NCBI GenBank assembly: GCA_049519355.1 | Contig: JBEKQV010000002.1 | Location: forward strand, 131,479 to 195,478 | Source of the DNA: Candidatus Microgenomates bacterium | Lineage (GTDB): Bacteria > Patescibacteriota > Microgenomatia > UBA8517 | Direction of reading: 5' to 3' | Length of the DNA: 64,000 nt | In this document: positions 29,025 through 37,783 of the stretch, in pieces | Position numbering within the stretch: the first letter of the stretch is position 1 | How the letters are laid out: each line of letters starts with the position of its first letter | Notes under the pieces: model-generated | The model's database searches: none | What the model saw: the letters and a program-made list of their open reading frames with translations, nothing else | Told to the model about the DNA's origin: nothing | Made by a program: the position numbers and the translations under genes

Positions 29025-29528
29025 TTAACGATTTACGACTGCTTGGGTATTAGTATCCCAGCAAGATGGTATTAAGTCCTTAGGAAAAGCAGGGTAGGCA
29101 GCAAGACTCGAACAATCTATCTGTCCGTTTCCGTCCCAAACCAAGATCCATTTTCCGTTCAGCTGAGCTGCATACCAAATTCCGCCACCCCCCTGAGCCG
29201 AAGCCATTCCTGATGCATAATTTCCTTCGATTTTTGAAATGGTAATATTTAGACTCGCCGCATCCTGTCCATGTTCGGCAACTAGCGCGGCCTGAACTGC
29301 CGAAACAATTGATATATTTTCATCGGCTTTCTGAGTTGCGGAAATACTCGCCTTGGGTGAAGATGACTCGGTCGGAATTGCCGTAGGCTGCAGAGTTGAA
29401 ACTACGCCGCTCTGAGTGGAAACCGGAACCGGGTTATATGAAGGAAATGTAGGCAATCCTTTAAAATATACATAAGCACCCAAAAAAACCACGACTGCTG
29501 TCACAAAGATTGTTATGAAATATTTCAT
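29025..29528 (-). CDS. Hypothetical membrane-anchored protein with S/T/P-rich linker
   Basis: TM helix, PTFPSYNPVPVSTQS...PTESSSP linker, small C-terminal domain with two Cys. Confidence 0.75.
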   Translation of the reverse strand: MKYFITIFVTAVVVFLGAYVYFKGLPTFPSYNPVPVSTQSGVVSTLQPTAIPTESSSPKASISATQKADENISIVSAVQAALVAEHGQDAASLNITISKIEGNYASGMASAQGGGGIWYAAQLNGKWILVWDGNGQIDCSSLAAYPAFPKDLIPSCWDTNTQAVVNR

Positions 29529-30340
29529 TTCAGTTTATAATTATATCCTTGTTTTTCGACAAAAAACAATAAAATTCCCGCCAAAACTGCAGCCGAAGAG
29601 AAAAAGAACCAAAGGTTCAAGAAACCCTGAACAAGCGGGGGTGCAATTATTCCGAACAGAGAATCACCTACGTTGGAACTTCCTACTAGCCCTATCCAAC
29701 CCGTTCTGATAATTTCTCCCAAACCGGATATTATTAGCGCAACACCCCCGGAAATAATAAGCATAAGCCCCATAACAGACATCTTTTTTCCAAAGGGTAT
29801 TGAACGGTAAAGTAAGAAAAATATCAAGGCCAAGACCAATATTGTAAAAATCAAAAAAACCCAACTAATAAAACCCGATTTTGAAACCAACTCGATCTGA
29901 GAAGTGGAAATGCCGGTAATATTAAATTCTTTAATAAAATCACTTAGCTTTACCTGATCGGAAGTGTTAGCAAAATTTTGAGAAATAAACGGTTTAGGAA
30001 CTTTCTCCATGGGGATATAAATAAAAAGTTCGGTTGTGCTTCCGTTTGCGTATTTTAAGACATTATTAATATTGTTAATGATAAAATCTTTTAAATTGGC
30101 GGGGGATGCCAAATCGGTCAGTGATGCAACATCACTCGCTTTGCCGCCACCGGCTATTGTTTGTGATATCAGATTTTTGTTGATCGTCTCGGAAAGTTGC
30201 AAATAAGTGTTTGAAGAGCTAAAAGAATTCTGCCAGAAGGAAGAACTCAAAAACTGGAACCTAAAATTAAGTGCAATAAGAAACATTAGAAAAAAAGGGA
30301 TAAAAAGAATAATAATAATGATTTGCCCGAATATTTTCAT
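29525..30340 (-). CDS. Hypothetical membrane protein (1 + 3 TM helices around a ~130-aa loop)
   Basis: Hydrophobicity pattern; ATGA coupling to the downstream gene. Confidence 0.75.
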   Translation of the reverse strand: MKIFGQIIIIILFIPFFLMFLIALNFRFQFLSSSFWQNSFSSSNTYLQLSETINKNLISQTIAGGGKASDVASLTDLASPANLKDFIINNINNVLKYANGSTTELFIYIPMEKVPKPFISQNFANTSDQVKLSDFIKEFNITGISTSQIELVSKSGFISWVFLIFTILVLALIFFLLYRSIPFGKKMSVMGLMLIISGGVALIISGLGEIIRTGWIGLVGSSNVGDSLFGIIAPPLVQGFLNLWFFFSSAAVLAGILLFFVEKQGYNYKLK

Positions 30341-30379
30341 GCAAACTTAGTATACAATGAATTGAAAGGAGGTGAAAAA

Positions 30380-30763
30380 ATGGCAGGATTCAAAGCAACA
30401 CTTGAAAAGGACACAATCGCGAATAGTTATTTCAGACATGTAATTTTTACCGCTCCGCATTCTCAGTTGGTATTGATGTGTCTGGCCCCTGGTGAAGAAA
30501 TTGGAATGGAAGTTCACCCTGATAATGACCAGTTCCTGAGATTCGAGGAAGGAAGTTGGGAAGCCGTTATATCTAATGAAAAGTTTTCAGGAGGAGCAGG
30601 TGATTGTGTAATCGTTCCGGCTGGAAATTATCACAATATAATTAATGCCTCGAAAGAAAAAGAGTTGAAACTCTATACTATTTACTCTCCAGCGCATCAT
30701 CCGGACGGAACTATTCACAAAACAAAAGCGGATGCCGAAGCGGCAGAAGCTGCGGAAAAATAA
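30380..30763 (+). CDS. Cupin domain protein
   Basis: QLVLMCL, EIGMEVH, DQFLRFEEG, VPAGNYHN, LYTIYSP; strong SD AAAGGAGGTG before ATG 30380. Confidence 0.9.
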   Translation: MAGFKATLEKDTIANSYFRHVIFTAPHSQLVLMCLAPGEEIGMEVHPDNDQFLRFEEGSWEAVISNEKFSGGAGDCVIVPAGNYHNIINASKEKELKLYTIYSPAHHPDGTIHKTKADAEAAEAAEK

Positions 30764-30765
30764 AG

Positions 30766-31158
30766 TTAGCTGGGCTTAAATTCCAAGGCCAGGGAGTTAA
30801 TACAATAACGCAATCCCGTTTTGTCTGTTGGACCGTCGTTAAACACGTGTCCTAAATGACTTCCGCAGTTAGAGCATAACACCTCAGTTCTCGGCATGAC
30901 CATGCTTAAATCCTGCTGTTCCTTAATCGCTCCCTTTTCCGCAAAATCCCAAAAAGAAGGCCAGCCCGTACCGGAATCGTATTTTGTATCACTTGAAAAA
31001 AGTTTTTGCCCACAAACGGCACAAACGTACATTCCCTTAGCATGATTGTGCAAATACTTTCCGCTTCCGGGAGGTTCTGTTCCTTTGAGAAAACAAACAT
31101 TGTATGCTTCCGGTGACAACTTCTTTTTTATTTCTTCCTTGTTGATCTTTACAGTCAT
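30766..31158 (-). CDS. msrB: Peptide methionine sulfoxide reductase B
   Basis: GTEPP, CAVC, SGTGWPSF, RTEV, CSNC, HLGHVF, RYCINS. Confidence 0.97.
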   Translation of the reverse strand: MTVKINKEEIKKKLSPEAYNVCFLKGTEPPGSGKYLHNHAKGMYVCAVCGQKLFSSDTKYDSGTGWPSFWDFAEKGAIKEQQDLSMVMPRTEVLCSNCGSHLGHVFNDGPTDKTGLRYCINSLALEFKPS

Positions 31159-31175
31159 AATTTATATTAACATGT

Positions 31176-31781
31176 TTAAAAAAGACTATGCTGAAAAGCG
31201 GCAGAATTCTCTTTAGGATATGAAAAATCCAATTTTACTTCATGAATCTCATTCCAAAAATCAATATACTTTAGAGATTTGTTTTTTAAAGCATGGTCAT
31301 AAATATCGCGTGTAATCGCAACATCCATCTCACAATATTTTTTTAGTTTTGCAAGAGAAGCGGGATCCCCAGCCTTCCAATATTTAACAGCATTTTCGCC
31401 ATTGTCATTTTTCTTTGTTCCAAGAGTCGCCTTAGCTAAAGAATTCAAGGACATTCTCTTTCCTTCAATTTTCCTTAATTCAGCCAGAATATCAAAATGT
31501 TTAAGCTTCGGCCAGTGTGCCGGAAGATAAGGAGAAAGTGCCGGCACGTCAAAACCTATGGAGTTAAAACCGATTACCCTATCAGCCTTTTCAAATAATT
31601 TGAACATCTCGGGGAAATCTTTTTCCCAAAACGACTCCATTTTCCCTTCAGTCTCTTTTAAATTTTCGTCCAATATACGCCAATAAACTGAAGTTATTGA
31701 TACACCCAGTTTGCTGGCATCATATCCCTGGATTTCATCGAAAAACTTCTTTGTTTCAGTATCAAAAATAACTTCAAACAT
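31176..31781 (-). CDS. RNase H-like DEDD exonuclease (YprB/RNase_H_2 family)
   Basis: FDTET, IGFNSIGFD, HFDIL, SLNSLA, YCEMDV. Confidence 0.85.
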   Translation of the reverse strand: MFEVIFDTETKKFFDEIQGYDASKLGVSITSVYWRILDENLKETEGKMESFWEKDFPEMFKLFEKADRVIGFNSIGFDVPALSPYLPAHWPKLKHFDILAELRKIEGKRMSLNSLAKATLGTKKNDNGENAVKYWKAGDPASLAKLKKYCEMDVAITRDIYDHALKNKSLKYIDFWNEIHEVKLDFSYPKENSAAFQHSLF

Positions 31782-31827
31782 TTTTGGGTAACCATCATTT
31801 TACCTGAATAATGCAAAAAGTTGAAGT

Positions 31828-32214
31828 CTACTTCTTTTCGAGAAGTCTCTTCAAAGGTCCCATATAGTAATCTTTCCAACCATCAGAAATGTCCTTGGTC
31901 TCGTTTTCGGGAACATCATTGTGTATTAACTCGACTTTTGTTTTTTCACCTTTCTCACTTAAATTAAACGTCGCAATTGACGGCTTTTGCCACTTCCCGG
32001 AATACCACTCTTGTTTCAAAGTTTTTCCCTTGGCAACCTTTATATTTTTACCGTGAATGTCACCTCCCCAAAGACTAAATTCGTAATTTTCTTCTGCCTT
32101 CATTTTTGCAGGACCTCCACCCCACATATCGATGATTTTCGGTTCAGTCAAAGCTTCCCAAACTTCTTCGATTGGTGCGTTAATTAAATATTCCTGCTTA
32201 ATCATTTTAGACAC
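31828..32214 (-). CDS. SRPBCC (AHA1-like) domain protein
   Basis: INAPIEEVWEALT, FSLWGG, LKQEW, TKVELIH, GWKDYY; SD AAGGGGGTG before GTG. Confidence 0.88.
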   Translation of the reverse strand: MSKMIKQEYLINAPIEEVWEALTEPKIIDMWGGGPAKMKAEENYEFSLWGGDIHGKNIKVAKGKTLKQEWYSGKWQKPSIATFNLSEKGEKTKVELIHNDVPENETKDISDGWKDYYMGPLKRLLEKK

Positions 32215-32274
32215 TGATAATCACCCCCTTTTATATAATTTATCATATAGTTACAAATTCGTAACAACTAACTC

Positions 32275-32303
32275 TTGACACATGCAACTTAGTTGCGTAT
32301 GAT
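32275..32303 (+). promoter_or_regulatory. Sigma70 promoter with a Fur/Zur-type operator in the spacer
   Basis: TTGACA (32275-80), 17 nt, TATGAT (32298-303); inverted repeat ATGCAACT-T-AGTTGCGT at 32282-32298. Confidence 0.85.
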
Positions 32304-32311
32304 ATTTGAAT

Positions 32312-32722
32312 ATGACGGCTGACAAATTTATAGAAATACTAAAAACTAAGAAAAAAAGGGTTACACCTGGAAGAACAAAAATTATAAAAATGTTTTGCGA
32401 GTCCTCCTCCCCCCTAGCCTCCGAGACAATTGTTAAAAAAACAGGTATGAACAAAACTTCAATATATAGAGAGCTTGAATTTTTACTAAAGCAGGAATTT
32501 ATTCAGGAAGCAGACTTTGGTGATGGAACTAAAAGATATGAGCTAAAAGATTTAAAACACCATCATCATTTAATCTGCATCCGATGTAAAAAGGTACAAG
32601 ATGTAAGTTTCAATGAGAATCTTGGATGGGAAGAGAAAAGAATTAAGAAAAATCATAAATTCCAAGTGTTAAGACACGATCTCGAATTTTTTGGATACTG
32701 TCAAAATTGTCAATATAAATGA
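32312..32722 (+). CDS. zur: Fur-family regulator, probably Zur
   Basis: VTPGR, TSIYREL, HHHHLICIRC, GYCQNC; heads a Zn ABC operon. Confidence 0.85.
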   Translation: MTADKFIEILKTKKKRVTPGRTKIIKMFCESSSPLASETIVKKTGMNKTSIYRELEFLLKQEFIQEADFGDGTKRYELKDLKHHHHLICIRCKKVQDVSFNENLGWEEKRIKKNHKFQVLRHDLEFFGYCQNCQYK

Positions 32723-33633
32723 AAAGAACAATATCTTTATTATTAATATTTTTACTTATAGGAATAGGAATTTATTTTGGATTAAAAAATAATAAAGGTA
32801 ACGCCTCAAACGGAAAGTTGCAAGTGACTGCATCCTTTTATCCATATTATTTCTTCGCCAGTCAAATTGGCGGAATCAAAGCCAATGTGGTTAATATCAC
32901 ACCGGCCGGTGCCGAACCTCATGATTATGAACCCAGTTCAGGAGATATTGTTCAAATCGAATCAAGCAAACTTCTAATTCTTAATGGAGTTGTGGAACCT
33001 TGGGGAAATAGTATTCAGGAAAATCTAAAAGGCAAAAATACGAAAGTACTAATTGCAGGACAAGGTCTTTTTACTCAAAAAATAGTAGATGAAAACGGAG
33101 TATATTCTACAGATCCTCATGTTTGGCTTAGCCCTACTCTTGCCAAGAAACAAGTATCCGCAATTCTTGCGTCTTTTGATGAAATTGATCCGTCCAATAG
33201 TAACTATTACACGGCAAACGCCAATAAGCTTTTAGGTGAACTTGATAACCTAAACCATGATTATAAAAACGGGTTAGCTTCCTGCCAGGAAAAAGATATT
33301 ATCACTTCGCATGCTGCTTTTGGTTATTTGGCTACCGATTACGGTTTGACACAAGTCCCGATTGCAGGCCTTTCGCCAGATGCAGAGCCTTCCATCAAAC
33401 AACTCGCCGCAATTACAGATTTCGCAAGAAAAAACAACGTAAAATATATATTCTTTGAAAGTTTGGTAAGTCCTAAGCTTTCACAAACAATAGCAAACGA
33501 GATTGGTGCCAAAACTCTGGTTCTCGATCCTCTTGAAGGATTAACACCAGAAGCTCTGGCACAAGGTCAAAATTATTTGACTGTGATGGAACAAAACCTT
33601 CATAATCTAAGAATTGCACTCAACTGCAAGTAA
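32719..33633 (+). CDS. znuA: Zn/Mn ABC transporter substrate-binding protein (ZnuA/AdcA family)
   Basis: EPHDYEP, DPHVWLSP, SHAAFGY, LDPLEG. Confidence 0.9.
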   Translation: MKRTISLLLIFLLIGIGIYFGLKNNKGNASNGKLQVTASFYPYYFFASQIGGIKANVVNITPAGAEPHDYEPSSGDIVQIESSKLLILNGVVEPWGNSIQENLKGKNTKVLIAGQGLFTQKIVDENGVYSTDPHVWLSPTLAKKQVSAILASFDEIDPSNSNYYTANANKLLGELDNLNHDYKNGLASCQEKDIITSHAAFGYLATDYGLTQVPIAGLSPDAEPSIKQLAAITDFARKNNVKYIFFESLVSPKLSQTIANEIGAKTLVLDPLEGLTPEALAQGQNYLTVMEQNLHNLRIALNCK

Positions 33634-33634
33634 T

Positions 33635-34372
33635 ATGAGCCCCGATCATAGCAAAAATATAATTGAAATTAAAAATATCTCCTATGAATATGATGAAGGA
33701 GATTTCGTACTTAAAGATGTCAGTTTAAATATACACCCGGGAGATTATATTGGTCTTATTGGCCCCAATGGCGGAGGTAAAACAACACTCATTAAACTAA
33801 TACTCGGGCTTCTTAAAATCCAATCCGGCGAAATTAATTTCATGGGAAAACCGAATATTGCCTACGTACCCCAAAAAGCAACCGATATAGATCAAAGATT
33901 TCCGGTTAGCGTTGAAGGAGTCATTGCAATGGGAAGATACTTTAAAAGAAGTTACTTTAAACAATTAACAAAAACCGATAAAGATATCATTCACGATGCA
34001 CTTGAAAAAGTCGGAATGTTAGAGTTTAAAAACCGTTTGATTGGAAATCTTTCCGGCGGACAACAACAAAGAACTTTTATTGCCCGTGCACTCGCCCAAG
34101 AACCTCAAATTATTTTTTTGGATGAACCCACGAGCGGTGTTGATGAGGCCACACAAGAAGAATTCTATAAAATCCTTAAAAAACTTAATCAAGATCTTGG
34201 AATCACATTAATTCTGATTTCCCACGATGTTGACGTTGTTGCGGAAGAAGTAACCGAAATAGCATGTCTAAATCAACAAATAGTTTTTTACGGTCTCTCC
34301 AAGGAATTCATTAAAGAAGAGCATCTGGGCAAACTATATTCCAAAGAATTCAAGTTTATAACCCGCAAATAA
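33635..34372 (+). CDS. znuC: Zn ABC transporter ATPase
   Basis: GPNGGGKTT, YVPQK, LSGGQQQR, FLDEPT, SHD. Confidence 0.92.
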   Translation: MSPDHSKNIIEIKNISYEYDEGDFVLKDVSLNIHPGDYIGLIGPNGGGKTTLIKLILGLLKIQSGEINFMGKPNIAYVPQKATDIDQRFPVSVEGVIAMGRYFKRSYFKQLTKTDKDIIHDALEKVGMLEFKNRLIGNLSGGQQQRTFIARALAQEPQIIFLDEPTSGVDEATQEEFYKILKKLNQDLGITLILISHDVDVVAEEVTEIACLNQQIVFYGLSKEFIKEEHLGKLYSKEFKFITRK

Positions 34373-34373
34373 T

Positions 34374-35165
34374 ATGCTTAACCTTTTTCAGTACGATTTT
34401 ATAGTCAGAGGAATGGTCGCAGGAATAGTAATTGCAACTGTAGCTCCCGTCATTGGCATTTTTTTGGTTCTCAGACGCTACTCACTCATCGCAGACACCC
34501 TTTCGCACGTTTCTCTGGCAGGAATCGCACTTGGACTTCTTTTAAGCCTTAACCCTCTCCTAACCGCCATCGGAGTAACTACAATTTCATCAATATTTAT
34601 AGAAAAACTTAGGCTTTCTAAAAAAGTTTACGGAGAAAGTGCTCTGGCTCTTTTCCTTTCGGGAAGCCTCGCACTCGCTGTAGTCCTAATCGGACTTTCC
34701 CATGGTTTTAATACGTCTCTTTTCAACTTCTTATTCGGAAGTATAGCCACTGTCACAAACAGCGACATTTATACGGTTGCAACACTTGGAGTGATAGTTC
34801 TTGTGGCGGTAATAATTTTATATAAGGAGCTTCTGTTCACTACTTTTGATGAAGATTCTGCTTTCGTTTCCGGAATTAACACACAAGCTGTAAATACAAT
34901 TTTTATAATTCTTTCTGCTGTTACGATTTCTCTTGCTATTCCAATAGTAGGAATTCTACTTATCTCAGCCCTTATAGTAATTCCAGTTATATCGGCACTT
35001 CAATTACGTAAATCCTTTATCCCCACCATATTAATCGCTCAAGGCATATCTGTCTTTTCAATAATTACAGGTATTATTCTTTCCTTCTATTTTAATTTGG
35101 CTCCCGGAGGAACAATAGTTATTATTAGTATAATTATTTTCCTTTTTATAAACTTTCTATCTTAA
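34374..35165 (+). CDS. znuB: Zn ABC transporter permease
   Basis: DTLSHVSLAG, FLFGSI, FDEDSA, VGILLISAL, APGGTIV. Confidence 0.92.
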   Translation: MLNLFQYDFIVRGMVAGIVIATVAPVIGIFLVLRRYSLIADTLSHVSLAGIALGLLLSLNPLLTAIGVTTISSIFIEKLRLSKKVYGESALALFLSGSLALAVVLIGLSHGFNTSLFNFLFGSIATVTNSDIYTVATLGVIVLVAVIILYKELLFTTFDEDSAFVSGINTQAVNTIFIILSAVTISLAIPIVGILLISALIVIPVISALQLRKSFIPTILIAQGISVFSIITGIILSFYFNLAPGGTIVIISIIIFLFINFLS

Positions 35166-35711
35166 TCAAATAGCAATCTGCTTTCCCACCCTTTTAGAAT
35201 AAATTTGTCTTTCAATAACTTCCTCAAGTGTTTTGTCAGGATCAATTAATGTTTTATCTTTCGGCCAATATCCCAAGATAATCAACAATTCCTTAAGAAA
35301 ATCCAAACGGAGTTTTTTAAGCATTTTTGCCGTTTTTAGTTTTTCAAGAGAATCCAAAAGCAAATCATACACTCCGGCATTGCCCTCACCTTCGTGTGTA
35401 ATTCTTCCGATAACCTCCGCCAAATAATAAGCAAGTGAAATCTTTTTAAGACTTGTCCTGATTTGTTTAAAATCATCAATTACTTCAGCCTCGGTCATTA
35501 TATCTAGTCCTCTTCCTGTAATCGCTTGGAATCTAACCCTATTAAAAACTTCTATATGGCCCCTTTTCCGGCTTTTCGGTCGCCTTGCTCCTTTAGCCAT
35601 CATCGAGACCCTTCCCTGGTCCTTGCTAAAAACAGAGATAATTCTGTCGGCTTCACCGTAATTTTTTCTGGCAAGAATTATTCCTTCAGAGGTATATGTG
35701 CGGGGCTTCAT
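35166..35711 (-). CDS. recO: DNA repair protein RecO (short form)
   Basis: GIILARKNYGEADRII, AKGARRPKSR OB fold; no Cys zinc finger. Confidence 0.9.
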   Translation of the reverse strand: MKPRTYTSEGIILARKNYGEADRIISVFSKDQGRVSMMAKGARRPKSRKRGHIEVFNRVRFQAITGRGLDIMTEAEVIDDFKQIRTSLKKISLAYYLAEVIGRITHEGEGNAGVYDLLLDSLEKLKTAKMLKKLRLDFLKELLIILGYWPKDKTLIDPDKTLEEVIERQIYSKRVGKQIAI

Positions 35712-37763
35712 CTAAATTGCAATCTTTAACTCTTTGTCTGTCTTCAAATAAAATTCCTGTGAATTTTTACCAACGTTTACAGTATACAAAAATCCATCGG
35801 TTCCCGGTTGCTTCTGCATGAGGAGATCGTATTCTTTCGATACTTTAAAGGGCAATTTGTATTCGAATGTAACCTTAGAAACTCCCTGGGGCCGAAGCTG
35901 GAAAAAACCGGCAAAAACTGTTTTACCCAAGTCGGTGTAAGGATCTTGTTTTGCTTCTAAGCCGGATGAGGAAATTAACTGGCTGCCGCTTGGAACATAA
36001 ACTCTAACCCAGTTTGGCAAAACTGAATTAAGCCAGCCGTCTTGACTCTGAGGGTTTTGATAAGTTATGGTAACCGTTTTGGTCACGCTTCCGTCTCCGG
36101 CAACATTGATATCCTGTTCAACCTGTTCATAGGCATAAAGGTTAGATTTTCTTCCCCCCAGATTGGCATCGTTGACCGCCAGATAATCCCCCTGAAAATC
36201 CTGGTTAATTCTTCCCCCCACACCAAAATCCGAAACCGCAGTTTCAGTATTCTGATCAAGCATATAAAAAAGCACGTGTTTTTGAATCAATGACGTAAAC
36301 ACGGCCTGAACCAGTCCCGAAAGTTTGTTTTTTGGCAGTCCCAAGGCGTTTGCCATAATTGAGTTCATTAAGGGGCCAATGATAGCTTTTCTGTTGTTAT
36401 AGTTCGGGGGGGCAGAAATAATCTTCCCCGTCGTAGGACTCCAAATAACAGCTCCCTCAATATCGGCAAAGGACTCAAGTTGGTAAATGACGTCGGCACA
36501 GTTACACTGTGAATTGATTGCCGTACTGAAATTTCCAAAACCTGGAACCCCGATTGGTCCTGTCACGTTTAACAAATTTACCAAAAGTTGAGTATCAACA
36601 GCAATCACACCATCAATTTTTCCTATACCCGCTTGTTGGGCTGCGGGGATCAGGGTTTGCATGCTGGTGGCAAAATCCGGTGACCAATTCATATCTCTAA
36701 GTCTCCAGTTTGGCGACAACACGTAAGGACCTTTTATATAAGTGACAATTGGTGCAGGAGCGGGGATAGAGGGTTTATAAACAGCATCCAGTGAATAAAT
36801 ATCACCACTCAAAACAGGCGTAAATTTAGCTTTATCAACCTTCATGATTGCGTACGCCGTCATAAATCCACCCGTTGGACGAAGCTCTTTATCATTCTGG
36901 AAAAGTACAAAGTAAGTCCGAGGTGCATCCATCCCCAAAAGATATGGGGCAGATTGAATGAAAGGCTTACCATTAACAATAAATGTCGCAACTTCACTCA
37001 CTAAATCCTGTCCACTTTGTATTTCAGATCGAACAGGTTTTCCCTTAAAATTTTCGGGATACCTATCCGGATTAATTTGAGAGACCTCATCTTGAACCGT
37101 TTTAACTTCGGTAGATATCTCATCGATTTTAGGAAGAAGACTCGGAATTGTACTAACCACAAAAGTTATTCTGTCCTGAGTTGTTTGTGCACCGGTTTTT
37201 GCAGCCAAAACATTACTGGAACTATCCTTAAAGCCTAAAAGGTCGGAGTAGGGCTGAATCGTTGTTAAGACTGTTTCCCCTGCGTTTAATCCCGCTTGAC
37301 CAGCTTTAATCGCGTGACCTGCATCACTAATGTACCCGCCGGCAAACGGTAAAAATTTTTCCCATCCGATAAGTTTATATACAGTGGCAACCCCGCTTAA
37401 TGAATTCTTTGTATTATCAATTCCTGTCTTAATTTTGCCCAAATCCTGAGAATTAGCATCAGTATAAAGAGTTCTGACGTCAGAAACTAATTTCAAACTT
37501 TTTTGATAAACGAAAAGCCCCGCAATCAAATTGTAAACTAAAAACAAAACTACGAGTCCTAATACACCCAGTAAAATCATTCCAGATCGCCCACGCTTAT
37601 TGGGCAGGTCTTTTTGTGTAACTTCCTTGAGTGTAGGAACTTTAGCGGGTGGGTCATCAACAGGGACTCCCATTTTAGGAATTAAAATCGAATCATCAGA
37701 GGTTTTGCCGACGGAGTCGTCTTCTAAAACAATTTTTGGCAAAGGCGCACCAGAATCTTGCAT
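35712..37763 (-). CDS. DUF4012 domain membrane-anchored protein
   Basis: YFVLFQNDKELRPTGGF, RDMNWSPDF, DGVIAVD, NLGGRKSN, RVYVP, QKQPG. Confidence 0.85.
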   Translation of the reverse strand: MQDSGAPLPKIVLEDDSVGKTSDDSILIPKMGVPVDDPPAKVPTLKEVTQKDLPNKRGRSGMILLGVLGLVVLFLVYNLIAGLFVYQKSLKLVSDVRTLYTDANSQDLGKIKTGIDNTKNSLSGVATVYKLIGWEKFLPFAGGYISDAGHAIKAGQAGLNAGETVLTTIQPYSDLLGFKDSSSNVLAAKTGAQTTQDRITFVVSTIPSLLPKIDEISTEVKTVQDEVSQINPDRYPENFKGKPVRSEIQSGQDLVSEVATFIVNGKPFIQSAPYLLGMDAPRTYFVLFQNDKELRPTGGFMTAYAIMKVDKAKFTPVLSGDIYSLDAVYKPSIPAPAPIVTYIKGPYVLSPNWRLRDMNWSPDFATSMQTLIPAAQQAGIGKIDGVIAVDTQLLVNLLNVTGPIGVPGFGNFSTAINSQCNCADVIYQLESFADIEGAVIWSPTTGKIISAPPNYNNRKAIIGPLMNSIMANALGLPKNKLSGLVQAVFTSLIQKHVLFYMLDQNTETAVSDFGVGGRINQDFQGDYLAVNDANLGGRKSNLYAYEQVEQDINVAGDGSVTKTVTITYQNPQSQDGWLNSVLPNWVRVYVPSGSQLISSSGLEAKQDPYTDLGKTVFAGFFQLRPQGVSKVTFEYKLPFKVSKEYDLLMQKQPGTDGFLYTVNVGKNSQEFYLKTDKELKIAI

Positions 37764-37783
37764 ATTATAAATAATACAACAAA

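Noticed and set aside
35166-35711. recO as a truncated pseudogene
   Set aside because: The OB fold and helical part are intact with clean start and stop; short zinc-less RecO fits the general streamlining
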